64,000 nucleotides of DNA from Pecten maximus (GCF_902652985.1 NC_047020.1:23622001-23686000), one strand, 5' to 3'; counted from the first letter of the stretch, positions 50,601 through 61,282 are shown. The notes: a model not told the origin generated them from the letters alone. Made by a program: numbers and translations.

Positions 50601-53585
50601 CCAAATATGTTCCTATATTGGACAAACATGTGGTCGCCAAAGTCTTTGATGGGGTAAGTAACAATGTGAAAGTGCTCACACATTCGTATTTTACCAGCAT
50701 TTATTAACAATTCTCATGAGTGTTGACCAATGACATTTTATTCTGTATGCAAGTCTATTGTTAGAACACATCTGAAGGGGGGATGGTAGGAAAGCCAAAA
50801 CTATAATACATGTTTGACTAATTATTCAGTCAGTGAAATTTTTAATATGTTGGAAACACTCAACTTTCAATTTGTAAATACTATGATCACCACCTACTGC
50901 CCTTGATTTTATTTCTCGTCTTATACAATACATGGTACATGGGTTGTTAATATTTTCTGTTGACAGGTATTGCCCTTAGCCCATGTGTCATCCCGAAACA
51001 AGCAGAAAATTACACTGGTGAACCCGATGGCTGTTGACCTAAAGGGCTATGAGGATAAAGTGATGTCGGCCATTGCCCTCTACAAAAGGTATCGTTGGTT
51101 GTTGTGTAATTTTTTTATTTTCTGTTTTGTCTTATTTTAAATCCAACTGAAGAATATGAGGTACATTTTATTGGCTTCATTTATCAAAAATCCATTTAAG
51201 TTCTTGATCTTGGCTCAAAAACATCGGTAATAAAAGCATCCTTTCAACCGAGAGTTCTTCAGTTTCAACTCATGACAATGGAAATGTTACATTGAAAGTA
51301 CCAATGTATTTATAAAACCTCAGTATGTAAAATGGTTTCGAAATGAGATGGCTTGTTCAGTTTAAAATTCAGCATAATTAAAATTATGTGCTTGTTTTCC
51401 AGGCGACTGGATAAGACGGTATGGGAAGCTCTTCCACAGGAAACAAAGGATGAGTATGTATATGGATTCATGTATTACTGAGTTGTATGATTTGATTTTA
51501 TAGCTGGTTTTATAGCATATAGTTCACCGTCTTGTCATCAAAGTAAATATTAAAAGGAATAAATATATAATTTTTTAAACTGAAATTCAACTTCTGAGGA
51601 AAATTGTTTCGCATTTTTTAGGTCACCTGAGACGAAGTCTCAGTTGACCTATTGCAATCGCCTTTTGTCCGGCGTCGTGCGTCGTAAACAATTTACATTT
51701 TCAACTTCTTCTTAAAAACTGCTGAACTAAATTCAATGAAATTTTACAGGAAGCTTCCATGGCTGAGGGTGAACCAAAATTGTGAATTATATGGTCCCCA
51801 CCCCCCAGGGGCCTGAGGGGCGGGGCCAAAAAGGGTCAAATTGACTAAAATTTCAAAAATCTTCTTCTCTACTCTCAGATATGGTAGAATCAAATACTTT
51901 TCATAGATGGAAGGGTCTTAAGGTGCTTTACCAAAATTGTGAATTTCATGACCCTGGGGTCTCACGTTTGCCCCTGGGTAGGGGGTAAACTTTACTATAG
52001 TTTATATAGGGAAATCACATTTTTGACTATTATTTGTTGGATATCTATTGGAATTCATTCTAACTTGGTTCAAATTATCAGCATGGGATGACAGTTTGAT
52101 GGTTTGTACATGTTGGCCCTGGTTGACCCCCAGGGGCTGGTGGGCGGGGCCAAAAAGGGTCAAATTGACTGAAATTTCAAAAATCTTCTTCTCTACTCTC
52201 AGATATATTAGAATCAAATACTCTTCATAGATGGAAGGCTCTTAAGGTGCTTTACCAAAATTGTGAATTTCATGACCCTGGGGTCTCACGTTTGCCCCTG
52301 GGTAGGGGGTAAACTTTACTATAGTTTATATAGGGAAATCACATTTTTGACTATTATTTGTTGGATTTTTATTGGAATTCATTCTAACTTCGTTAACGTT
52401 ATCAGCTTGGGATGACAGTTTGATGTACATGTTGGCCCTGACTGACCCCCAGGGGCTGATGGGCGGGGCCAAAAAGGGTCAAATTAACTGAAATTTCAAA
52501 AATCTTCTTCTTACAACCCAAATAAGGTAGAATTAAATACTCTTCACAGATCGAAGGGTCTTAAGGTGCTTTACCATAATTGTGAATTTCCTAGCCCTGG
52601 GGTCTCGCGTTTGCCCCATGGGAGGGGATAAACTTTACTATAGTTATAGGGAAATCACATTTTTGACTATCATTTGTTTTATTTGTTTTGAAATTCATTC
52701 TTTCATTCAAATTTACTGAAATATTTCAAAAATCAGGTGACCGTTAAGGCCCATGGGTCTCTTGTTTTTTATTCCAATCGCCTTTTGTCCGTCGTCGTGC
52801 GTCCGTAACAATTTACATTTTCGACTTCTCCAAAACCCCTAAACCAAATTTATGGAAATTTGGCAGGAAGCTTCTATGGCTTAAGGTCAACCAAAATTGT
52901 GAATTATATGGTCCCCCCCCCCCCCCCATTTACTGAAATATTTCAAATCTCAGGTGACCGTTAACGCCCATGGGCCTCTTGTTGAAATATAAAGTTTTTA
53001 TTTGATATTTCCTATTAAATTATTAAATTATTAAATCTAATATCGAAATTATCACTTCTAGAAACGAATTGCTGTTATTTTTTCAAATTATAATTATTTT
53101 TTTGTAGACTTGGATCAGAAGAACCATTATCGTTTGAAAAAAATCGTTTGCTGCTTATGAAGGCTCTAGACACAGCTGGCTGGCCTATTGAAGAGGCGGA
53201 TATCATACTTCTAGAGGAAGAAATTGCCCGGGGATACAAATTCCTCAAACAGTCTGAAGAACTCCGCAAGAAATCTGACTCGAAAAATCCTGACAGTGAT
53301 GATGAAGTTCAAGTCTCTAAGAGAAATAGACGAAAGCATAGTCGTCGTTCTCGCAGCAGTATCAGCAGCAGTGGGTCTCGCTCAAGCAGGTCATCATCAA
53401 GGTCAAGTTCTAGGTCAAGGTCAACATCTCGATCAGTGTCAAGGAAAGGATCAGGAGTAATGATATCAGAGCAACATTTGGATGTGAACTTAGATGATGA
53501 ACTTAATGTGTATGACGATAAAGCAAGCGTTGTGTCCAACCTGACCAACAATACAAATCAAGAGTACGAGGTGAGTCACACGTAA
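19700..53585 (+). CDS. VWA3B: von Willebrand factor A domain-containing protein 3B (whole gene span; at least 22 coding exons, about 1170 aa)
   Basis: Hand-spliced protein matches recalled VWA3B motifs in order: SLISTKKWLQNYGL..LKQILPTIGFKH, WLTTESRRLFGVI, PPGSGMREDV, DGVVDIK, NAKYC.RF...WKDG, IYILIDTSSSM (MIDAS-like), STNT, QAIYLLTDGRPDQPP, HTISFN..ANQFL. Phases are continuous except for one 1-nt discrepancy at about 50518. Confidence 0.92.
21010..21948 (+). mobile_element. Helentron/HINE-like non-autonomous element with internal ~322-bp tandem units
   Basis: 5' AACAAGAGGCCCATGGGCCT palindrome plus GGTCACCTGAG, internal repeats, GGAC/GAC microsatellite, 3' hairpin TAGGTCACTTGAGAC-TTT-GTCTCAGGTGACCTA; same family as 51619-52983. 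Confidence 0.8.
23464..23679 (+). CDS. VWA3B: VWA3B exon 2
   Basis: 216 nt, CAG/GTAGGT; SLISTKKWLQNYGLKKNKISLKQILPTIGFKHSD. Confidence 0.9.
24279..24645 (-). mobile_element. Truncated Helentron/HINE-like element
   Basis: Hairpin TATACCCCGCCAAC-AAA-GTTGGCGGGGTATA, TCCG microsatellite and two internal repeat units. Confidence 0.65.
24661..25112. mobile_element. Tc1/pogo-type MITE
   Basis: TA-flanked, 22-bp imperfect TIR (CTGTGGATTCCACTTAATATCA versus TGATATAAAGAGGAATGCACTG, 18 of 22), sub-terminal TTAATATCA repeats. Confidence 0.65.
26595..26790 (+). repeat. G-rich ~44-bp tandem repeat
   Basis: GGGGGAGGATTGAGAGGTGGGTAGGGGAGGGTGGAAGGGTGGGT, about 4 copies. Confidence 0.85.
27470..27564 (+). 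CDS. VWA3B: VWA3B exon 3
   Basis: 95 nt, CAG/GTAAGT; FDTSLKRPISSRYSSGLF..DGKTFN. Confidence 0.9.
28106..28356 (+). CDS. VWA3B: VWA3B exon 4
   Basis: 251 nt, CAG/GTGAGT; YKRRLEWLTTESRRLFGVIEEKAVTIVLD..AKFNLI. Confidence 0.93.
28825..28984 (+). CDS. VWA3B: VWA3B exon 5
   Basis: 160 nt, TTTCAG/GTAAGT; QEECVPVTFDTIQGAVDWV. Confidence 0.9.
29116..29184 (+). CDS. VWA3B: VWA3B exon 6
   Basis: 69 nt, TTTCAG/GTGAGT; NEAVYLFTEGTSIDTCKEIMKEK. Confidence 0.88.
29308..29435. repeat. 32-bp tandem repeat, 4 copies
   Basis: CCTGCTTGATTGGGTTTACATACCCTGGCCAT. Confidence 0.9.
29778..29884 (+). CDS. VWA3B: VWA3B exon 7
   Basis: 107 nt, TTTCAG/GTAAGT; IPVHCVSYNCGSSDTVRFLRDFAACTGG. Confidence 0.9.
30119..30354 (+). 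CDS. VWA3B: VWA3B exon 8
   Basis: 236 nt, CAG/GTATGT; FHAYA..GGVPPGSGMREDVILLFEELEDA. Confidence 0.92.
30350..30878 (+). repeat. 31-bp minisatellite anchored on the VWA3B exon 8 donor
   Basis: Unit GATAG|GTATGTCATCTTTGTTATCACCTAGT; the first copy is the true exon junction; about 17 copies. Confidence 0.93.
31048..34100. repeat. Compound satellite: 27-bp array (31048-33050) grading into 21-23-bp units (33050-34100)
   Basis: ATACCAAGTCTAATATAGCTGGCTCCC, about 70 copies, then CTTGTACCAAGTCTCATACAGCA-type units; shared core TACCAAGTCT. Confidence 0.95.
34143..34824 (-). mobile_element. Helentron/HINE-like element carrying three ~170-bp units
   Basis: Terminal hairpin TATACCCCC...GGGGGTATA, GTCC/GTCT microsatellite, units spaced 169-170 bp, GGGGGTAT recurring near the far end, ends CTAGTT. 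Confidence 0.75.
36013..36206 (+). CDS. VWA3B: VWA3B exon 9
   Basis: 194 nt, TAG/GTGAGT; MSSKDWLKKFGLTARRLELYDVLAGVAFKHMDGVVDIK. Confidence 0.92.
36197..40217 (+). repeat. 30-bp minisatellite anchored on the VWA3B exon 9 donor (about 4 kb, split by a transposon)
   Basis: Unit ACTGACGCT|GTGAGTATATACGATATGTAG; the first copy is the true junction; roughly 100 copies. Confidence 0.95.
38127..39017 (+). mobile_element. Tigger/pogo-like deletion derivative (891 bp)
   Basis: TA|CAGT...ACTG|TA, imperfect ~25-bp TIR (CAGTnnnCCCTCG......CGCCAC), sub-terminal ATACCGCCA repeats; ORF 38524..38835 resembles the acidic C-terminus of pogo/Tigger transposases (IPSGTEAKAAIETVMRFLE); no DDE domain seen. Confidence 0.78.
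40384..40538 (+). CDS. VWA3B: VWA3B exon 10
   Basis: 155 nt, CAG/GTACGT; NAKYCDRFPVVRWKDGGVVHVQVT. Confidence 0.92.
41114..41252 (+). CDS. VWA3B: VWA3B exon 11 (start of second VWA domain)
   Basis: 139 nt, CAG/GTAAAT; WLNQGSRALFGTVIEDQIYILIDTSSSM. Confidence 0.94.
41595..41825 (+). CDS. VWA3B: VWA3B exon 12
   Basis: 231 nt, CAG/GTAGGT; KFNLVAF..GSTNT..QAIYLLTDGRPDQ. Confidence 0.95.
42232..42417 (+). CDS. VWA3B: VWA3B exon 13
   Basis: 186 nt, CAG/GTATGT; PVHTISFNCNDTEANQFLCDLARNTGGRYHYF. Confidence 0.94.
42837..42970 (+). CDS. VWA3B: VWA3B exon 14
   Basis: 134 nt, TAG/GTATAG; SEDIRLLKEEASRGRESLYKVEELRDEC. Confidence 0.88.
43245..43504 (+). CDS. VWA3B: VWA3B exon 15 (Ser/Pro-rich linker)
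   Basis: 260 nt, CAG/GTAAGT, phases 2-1 consistent; lies in ORF 43273..43674. Confidence 0.82.
43800..43811 (+). CDS. VWA3B: Candidate 12-nt VWA3B microexon (SWDQ)
   Basis: ttttcttgtcaccag|GTTGGGACCAGG|gtaagg; symmetric phase 1-1 and in frame; no homology support. Confidence 0.35.
43890..44215. mobile_element. Old Tc1/mariner-type MITE
   Basis: TA|CAGTGGAATTT ... AAATTCCACTG|TA, perfect 11-bp TIR. Confidence 0.55.
44728..44772 (+). CDS. VWA3B: VWA3B probable 45-nt exon (SKCSGKVRSGHTST)
   Basis: AACAG acceptor, CAG|GTACAT donor, symmetric phase 1-1, open frame. Confidence 0.55.
45003..45098. repeat. About 31-bp tandem repeat, 3 copies
   Basis: GTATTAATATATACATCCCCCACCCACTCCA. Confidence 0.85.
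45795..46330. repeat. Decaying 26-bp minisatellite (CAGTACACTTAATCAGATGTACTCGT)
   Basis: About 4 near-perfect copies followed by many degenerate ones. Confidence 0.75.
46716..46844 (+). CDS. VWA3B: VWA3B exon (HTRTSLLRTLNSTGNFSPEEWLLPETRQLFEKQ)
   Basis: 129 nt, polypyrimidine plus TAG acceptor, TAG|GTAAAA donor, phase 1-1, coding-like composition. Confidence 0.8.
   Translation, partial: VTRGLAYYAHSTVLVTSPQKNGYYPRLVSFSKNRLFGRNNLQ
49956..50007 (+). CDS. VWA3B: VWA3B exon (ETRKTSSRRSKIKRGL)
   Basis: 52 nt, TTTTCTACAG/GTAAGG; only the phase-1 frame is open. Confidence 0.65.
50498..50653 (+). CDS. VWA3B: VWA3B exon (PHSMSSK-[frameshift]-WLSKHGLVAKKLTILDAL...VFDG)
   Basis: TAG/GTAAGT; third copy of the SxKxWLxxxGL module; one nt missing at AAA 50517-50519. 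Confidence 0.82.
50967..51088 (+). CDS. VWA3B: VWA3B exon (VLPLAHVSSRNKQKITLVNPMAVDLKGYEDKV)
   Basis: 122 nt, CAG/GTATCG, phases 0-2 consistent. Confidence 0.85.
51403..51453 (+). CDS. VWA3B: VWA3B exon (RLDKTVWEALPQETKD)
   Basis: 51 nt, TTTTCCAG/GTATGT, phase 2-2. Confidence 0.8.
51619..52983 (-). mobile_element. Two tandem Helentron/HINE-like copies (51619-52766 full; 52770-52983 internally deleted)
   Basis: Reverse complement of the 21010-21948 family, with about 3 internal ~322-bp units and the same termini. Confidence 0.82.
53108..53585 (+). CDS. VWA3B: VWA3B probable last coding exon (ALDTAGWPI..., Arg/Ser-rich and acidic tail)
   Basis: T-rich TAG acceptor in phase 2, ORF 53148..53585. 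A strong donor GAG|GTGAGT at 53570/53571 means the end may instead be spliced. Confidence 0.8.
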
Positions 53586-56500
53586 TGAATGTAGCGCTGC
53601 AGTCCCAATCCCTAGATTGTCTCGCCCCACCCCCTAGAGTGTCTCGCCCTGCCCCTAGTGTGTCTAGTCCCATCCCCTACATTGTCTGGATCTACCTACA
53701 AAAATGGCTGACTATGCCCTCTGAACTCGTTTGGCCTGACTATTGAATTACCTGACCATGCCCTCCACCTTTTCTTGGACTCCTGCCCCTGCCCCTTTAG
53801 CTAGAGTGACCCTACCCCTGCATGGCTTTTATATATGTAACATGGGTGGGAACAGGACATGTCTCCACCAATATTCTGCTAGATTGATTAATGCATGTAC
53901 AAATTGCCAAAATTTCTAAAGATGATATTCATAGAAACCAAAGCTAGTTCTAATTTTCTGTAAATACTGCTAGAAACATTTAACATTCATTATGGATAGC
54001 ACAAGTGTGTTTTCTAGTGGCACATCTAACAGAAAGATGAGAACAAATATACATATGCATGAATACATAATCAAAAGTTGAAGAAATATGTATGCAACTG
54101 CATGAAAAGTCATTTATAGAATTATTTGATTACTTGCTCATTTATTTTGATAATTGCATTTACACGATGACAGGGTGTCTAAAAGAAATATAACAAAGAG
54201 CCTATATATGTAATTATGTTTGTTGATATTGATTATAGATAATCATAAAATGAACCTTTGGAAGAATCATGTTGCCAATCAGAATGTTATACTTTTTGGC
54301 AAGCGGCCATTATGATTAAAAGAACACTTGTTAGTTTAATTAATCAATAAAAATGAACAATGCAGTATCAAGAAAGTGTTACTAATTTTATATACACATA
54401 TATATGTTACAATTAAACTATTTATAGTTCTTAAAAATAAGTGATATAATAAGTAGAAAAATGTGCTTTGTTGAAAATGGAAATGACGATAGTTTTAACT
54501 TTAACTTGCTATTATATAAATAAACCATGTTGTCTATAAGATAACTGCAGAATTGGACCAATATGTACACTAATTAAATGACTAGTATCAAAATCTACAA
54601 GATAAATTGAGCATTAAAACTTAAGAGAATGTATACCAGATGCATATTTATTTAAAACAGTGTATTATCAGCATATTATTGGATGATATCTGACTGGATA
54701 CCAGTATTGTACTATTGCACATACTTAACTATATGCCTGTGATGTTTCGACATATTTTGGATATGTTCTCTCGTGTAAAAGGTTGTCTGTCCTTACCCAT
54801 CATATAACTCACCAGGGGGATTCTTTGTAAACCTCCCATGAATCCTCTGCAGCACAATACATGGTTACGTGTGACTTTCCTTATGAAATTCAGCCTGAAA
54901 CTTTCGTAAATATATAACCAGAAACTGCAATAGCACATTGTCTTAGTGTATTTCCTGAACATATTTCGGGGAATAACTGCACATTAGTTTTTCCTGATGT
55001 TTCAGCAATATTTGTTTGGTTTAAACTGTCATTTCTGAACCATGTTTATTCACAAACATTCTATTTGTAACAAGAAAAAAAATAAAGAAAACAATATACA
55101 AAGTTAAGATTTTGTTTCAGGCATCTATTTTTTTTTAAATGTTTAAATAAATAGTTCACAATAATATTCAGCTGACGTAGGAGATGATAACTGTATATAT
55201 GTAAATAGTAACCTCTTTTATCATATCATTGCATATATCTTATAGAGTGTTTTATCCTTAAAAAGGAATTAAAATTTAATGGATTATCCAACAAATTACT
55301 GTTTAAGCTCAATGAGTTTAATAATTATCTAACTCAGTTAAGAGAACATGGATTTTGTAAAATATAATACTTGTATATGTAATATTAGGGCATAATGATA
55401 AACTGACATTTGATGATTTTCTTATCTTTCATAAAATGATTGAATCCTATCTTGACTCTCCAAATTGATATATGTATGCTAAATACAATTCGTACATAGA
55501 AGTAACAGTACAATATATCTTGGAGGAAACAGTGTTGCTCAAAAATGAATCTCGGTATTGAACTTAATATTAACTCATAATAATGTTTTTACCTGATTTT
55601 TTACCCCAGCGTTTCCTTAGATTAGTTTATGCCCTTAATTTATACATTTTGGTTTTACTTTAATGTGAATTTCAATTCAGTATTTCAGTCAATAAATGTG
55701 TTAACCGGTACTTTAGATATCAGTAAATGAAGTGAATGAATACGAACTAAAACAGAAGTTTTGTCATGGAAACAAAATGAAACATACATATAGGTTGGGT
55801 TTAAAAGTCACCGAAAGATTCCAGTGCATAAAGAAGATTTTTGTTTGCTATTCATATCTGAAGTTAATTAGATTAAAATGTTTACAGTATCCATAAATGT
55901 CACAGGGTAGTGTTACGTGTGATGATGTTTGTTAGTTGTAATACATTTGTTGTGAAGAGACAATTTCATTTCTAAACTGATCGTATCATCAGATTTGTAT
56001 TGAAACTGAAATTTATTGTCGGATTTCTTTATTGTTATATATCTTTTTTTTCCCGTGTGCTTTTCAAAACCTTATCACTTGTTATATATATTTATATATA
56101 TATTCTGTTAGTTGTTAAATTTGCTCATATTGTATGCTTTAAAAGTGATAATTATTAAATTATCTGTCAGATATACATGTATATACACTTATGTGATAAT
56201 TGGCCTCCGTCCTGTAAATACGAACAAAAGCATCTGTTACCATAGTAACTAGTCATGTTCACCAATCAGTATTACTGTTCATGTAACCAAGAGAGTAACT
56301 GACCGTCCTCATATTTTTTATATGTTCTTTTAGAATTTCTAATCTTCTTTTTTCTTTTTCATATTTGATCAGTTGGAAAAACAAGTGTTATTTTTACATC
56401 AGTAATAACCATGCGCTTTTTGTTTGCTCGCATGTTATATATCCGTTGTATGTTTACTCTTTATTCTTTGAATAATGTGTCAATCTTCATATTTACTATG

Positions 56501-58719
56501 TTTTTTAATTATTATTATTTGTTGTTTTAGTAAAGTGTCATCCCTCATTTTCCATTTTTCATTCTGTTAACCCTTGTATTTATGTTTATGCTTTTGTTAT
56601 GCTTATGTCTTATGATACAAAATGTATCAGCGCTCATATTTACGCTCATGCTTTATACATATCTTCACATGAAATAAAGGCATATGTATCAATGTGTGTA
56701 GTTATGTATACTTGAACCAGCAATAAACCCCTTTCCAGATTTTATGGCCTATTTTTCCCTTGGTGGAGGTTTGTTGCTGGTAATTTTGTATCCATCAAAT
56801 GTACTAGCTAAACTTAGACATGGATAGGGGAACCCTGGAAGTCAAAACATTTCGATTGTATACAAATTTTAATAGATTGGAAGTGTGGTAGGAGATTGAT
56901 CTAAATAATGTGTCGCGTTCTCACATTGTAATGACAAGATGCAGTATTATCAGAGGTCATGTATCATATAGATTTTCATTTCTTTTTATCTAATTATTTA
57001 ATCGTTTCAAAGAAGACATAAAATGGAATTTTCCTGGAAGAAATTGTTGGATTAGAAATAAAGAAGATGCAATAAAGATGTTTTCTAATCAAATATTCTT
57101 GACATTATATAATATTATATAATACATGACTATTGCATTACCTATCAGAAATGTTCACCCTCACTGCTGTAGAGGATTTTAAATGATTCACCAAACAAAT
57201 AGGGTTCCCTTGATCTAGTGTTAGTAGCTTGTATTACTCTAAGTACCCGGAGATATACACACTTTAAATCAATGTAGAGGCATGATAAGAATGTTAAATA
57301 TCGTTGTAAACATACAGATGTAGTTTATGTTGTGTTGTAAACAATGTCTAAGTATTTATAAGTGACAGAATTCACATTATACACAATCTTGTGTAAAATG
57401 TTATAAAGTAGATAAAATCACTTAAGGTATTTTTGTAGCTGAATTAATTACTGGAGTTACTAGGGATTTATTTAAAGAGAGTGAAAAGTATTACAGCTAG
57501 TGTTGGAACACATGTAGTTCTCCTGGGGGACAAAGGTGGTCTAGATTTCTTAATAGGTTGATAAACCAGGGATGAAGTAATTAAGTTAAATGAAAGATTA
57601 TGTAGAATTTCAAAAAATATTCTTTATTTTAGAAATTAAGAAAAATATAAAGGTAGGTTATTTTGTGTATTTACTGTAAAGAAACTTTACTACACTGTAG
57701 CAGACTGAGAACTAACAATGGGCTTAGATATTTTTGTAGAATATTTCGAGGAAAACGTTTGTACAATTTATCCATTAATCTGTAGGACAATGCAGTTTGA
57801 TGTACAAGTATGTATGTGAAAGGATAAAATAAATGAATTTCTTGTTTATTTTAGAAATACTGTAAAATGTGATGGCGGGTGCTTGTAACCTCAGAACCAC
57901 GAACCTTTTCCTGTTGGTATTCTTGTAGAAAATGTTTGAGTTTTATTTTATTTCATTTCACTTTGTTGATTCAATTTTTCTTTCATTTGCAGAAAATTAC
58001 AATTTTATACTAACTGTTGAGGTTTTTTTTAAGAACTTCAAATTGTTACTAAAACAAATTGATCCTGAGGTTATTGGTTGATGTACAAAACAGTAAGACT
58101 ATAACCTTGATAAGTGGATCCAGTTTTTACTTATTAGTCCACAAGTCAAGGGTTTTAGAAGCTAGTGTTGATATACATCAGAGTATATTATTTTGGGTAA
58201 AGTTTTGATGCATTAGATTTTGTGAAGCTTGCTTTAGAAATTGTAATCAGAATGTTAGTTCTTCTGTTGTCACAGAGCAGAAGTTTTTATTGAATAAAGT
58301 AGATGAAAATGGATGTTGACTTTCTTTTTCTAGAATTGTCATAGTGGCAATATTCACAGTCTAACTTGAATACAACATGGCGTCGGTTAAGCTTCAATAT
58401 GTGATATCCAATAGTTAATCAAATATATACGTATGCCCTTGCAGATAACAGGTACATGTACTTACTTTTGACCTTATAAGCTCGACCTTGAAATAAAGAT
58501 TTTGGAAAAATTATGTAACCTGTCAAAGGTAAAAAAATGTTTCTAATGTTTAAAAAACTGAAATTAAGTGCAATTCATTAAAAGCTAAGATATTCATTTG
58601 AGGTTTGGCCTCTTACTGTGACCTTGACCTTTTGGTTTTGTGTTCCTAGAGCGTCTCCTTACATCGGAAATTCGAAAGCTGCTCTATTCTGAACCTCTGG
58701 AATTAAGTGTTTAAGTGAT

Positions 58720-59105
58720 GGACGTTTTCTTTAAAACAAAAATGAATTTGTCCAACACACTGAACAGAAATTAATATTTAGTGATTGACGTTTTCTTTAA
58801 AACAAAAATGAATTTGCCCAACGCACTGAATAAAAATAAATATTAAGTGATTGACGTTTTCTTTAAAACAAAAATGAATTTGTCCAACACACTGAACAGA
58901 AATTAATATTTAGTGATTGACGTTTTCTTTAAAACAAAAATGAATTTGCCCAACGCACTGAATAGAAATAAATATTAAGTGATTGACGTTTTCTTTAAAA
59001 CAAAAATGAATTTGCCCAACGCACTGAATAGAAATAAATATTAAGTGATTGACGTTTTCTTTAAAACAAAAATGAATGTGCCCAACACACTGAATAGAAA
59101 TTAAT
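58720..59105. repeat. 66-bp tandem repeat, about 6 copies
   Basis: GACGTTTTCTTTAAAACAAAAATGAATTTGCCCAACGCACTGAATAGAAATAAATATTAAGTGATT. Confidence 0.9.
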
Positions 59106-60199
59106 ATTACAGGAACAGTTCATCACTCATGCTCTGTTCGCAGTGATCTCGATCATCTTAGTCTGAATGATTCTGAATATCTATAATCCGCCTAATTAAG
59201 CATAAAATAAAGTAGCTGAAAGAATTTTAAGTACCATCCACAACCTACTGTATATTCAAATGAAAAGATTGGTAGAACCATTCAGACTACATAGCGATGA
59301 ATAAAACGTGATGGCGTACGCGTGTGGACCTTTTTTTCCCTGCAGTGACACGTGAATATGCAATTAAGTCTAAAAGTTGATGAGTAGAACAGTTAAAGGG
59401 AAAGCTGTCTTGTAATTCATGATCAAGGTAAAGTAGTCGAAGTTTTATCTTTTTAATGAAACTGGCAGCCGCTTTTGTTCAGTAAATCATAAATCAAACA
59501 TAATTTATTTGATCTCATGATCTTGAAATTAAAAGGTAATATTGTTTCATTGTACGGCCAAATAGTATGACATACGACTGTTCTGAGAAAGTTGTTTTAA
59601 ATATTTAAACATATTTTATTTTTGTGACTTTCAAATTAGGTACCTGTATACATGAATAATTTCCAGAATCACTTACCACCAAATTTCAGCTAGTCATGAT
59701 CTTCAAGTATCAGCTTCTGTAAATCTAACATACCTGGAGAAGAAGTCAAAATGTCCCAATTTGCAAATGCTCCAAGGAAGAGTCGCATCCTTTATTTTGT
59801 GTGACTGTCTTCAGCAGAGCATACATTCTGTCTGACATTCATTATCGGACAAGTGTGTAATATCCTGACAAAAAGTATTCGACCAAAGGATTCTTGATGT
59901 CAATTTCTGGAAATAAATCAAATGTTTTACACTCGATGTCAAGGTCCCAGCTACACCATCAATAAATGATGATTGAGAAAATTGTACATTTATCCATTAT
60001 ACAAATTCGTTACTAATATATGACGGCCCCCCCTCGTCCCATCTATCCTCTTCTTGTTACGTAAGGCCCTTATACACTGTCCCCTACCTGTCTGACTGTT
60101 GTCCTTGATGACGCTCAACTACGTATACTCGATCCCAGCTTTCACCGTTCCTCCTCCATATTGTTTTGGTCAGACCTTTTTTTTCTCCTTCCTTCTGGA

Positions 60200-60385
60200 T
60201 GCCATATCGGTGCAGTGATGCAGATCCTGGTGCTGCCCGTCCAGAGTATATAGGTGGTCGTGTAACACAGTAGAAACACACTTACCTTTCATCTTGGCAG
60301 TACTATGGTTTCCTCCCACAGTTATAACACTCCTCGGACGCTTCCATCCAGGCCAACAAGCATGATTAATATAAGTTCATATCAT
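60200..60385 (+). mobile_element. Possible degenerate SINE fragment
   Basis: GTACTATGGTTTCCTCCCACA resembles the TCCGGTTTCCTCCCAC core of metazoan tRNA-derived SINEs; recognised from memory only. Confidence 0.3.
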
Positions 60386-61282
60386 TTGCATTTCCTGTGT
60401 GGCATTAATTCGCTGAATCATGGTGTTTTTGTTACGGTGTAGCTCTTCTTTTGATCACAACAGTTGTCTAGGGAATCTGTTCTGGGAGGTGTCGAGCTTC
60501 GTCCTGTTTTCCATGTTTCATTTCATGGTGGAACTAGGATAACCCTGATACCTAGCTAGTCCTAGTAAAGTCCCTTCGCTCGCATACCCAATAACAACCT
60601 TACATTTATCCTAACGACCACAGCATCATGTGACTGATTCTCGGTTTGGGCAATTTCGTGGTTAGTTTTTAACGTATAGATTATATATAAGAGTGATACG
60701 CTCTACTGGTGTACTCTATGTCGGTTTATCTACAAGGTACGTTTTTTCTTAAAAAAGTGACACTGGTTCAGAGAACGTGCTTTTAAAATTGTTCTCTATC
60801 GGGGAAAAAATCAACTGATTGAATTATGGACATTTGTTTAGGTCCATTTTGATTTTCCAAACTTTCCTTCTGGATTTTCACACTTTTGGTTCCAAACATC
60901 ACTGACGAATCTGAATCTTAGCATGACGAAATAGTTGTATGTTGTTCCTAATATCACTGACTAATGTTAGCATGACGAAACGATTGTATTGTGTCCTTGG
61001 TAAACCCACTTTACCGTATTTGCTCTGGATGACATGCGACGGGCCTCCCGTGTGCTGTTCAGTGAGGTAGTCACCAACTACGACAAAGAGACCCCACCTC
61101 AAAATAACCCTATCATAGTATTTTTTATATGCTTATAGAAGGAAAATTATTTTTAAAATTTGAGTTTTATTAAAACAGTGGACGATTACTCTGATATCGC
61201 ACATGCAATCGTAATGTCGAAGTCCGAGGTCCCGAAATGTTTTTCCTCATTTTCCAATTTAACAATTCTTAACCAAGACCAT

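Noticed and set aside
581-59105. Regular short repeats resembling CRISPR arrays
   Set aside because: Units are head-to-tail with no unique spacers, there are no cas genes, and the context is eukaryotic.
59670-59990. Coding-like minus-strand stretch with donor-like sites
   Set aside because: Stops interrupt the frames I read and no family motif was recognised; possibly a decayed transposon.
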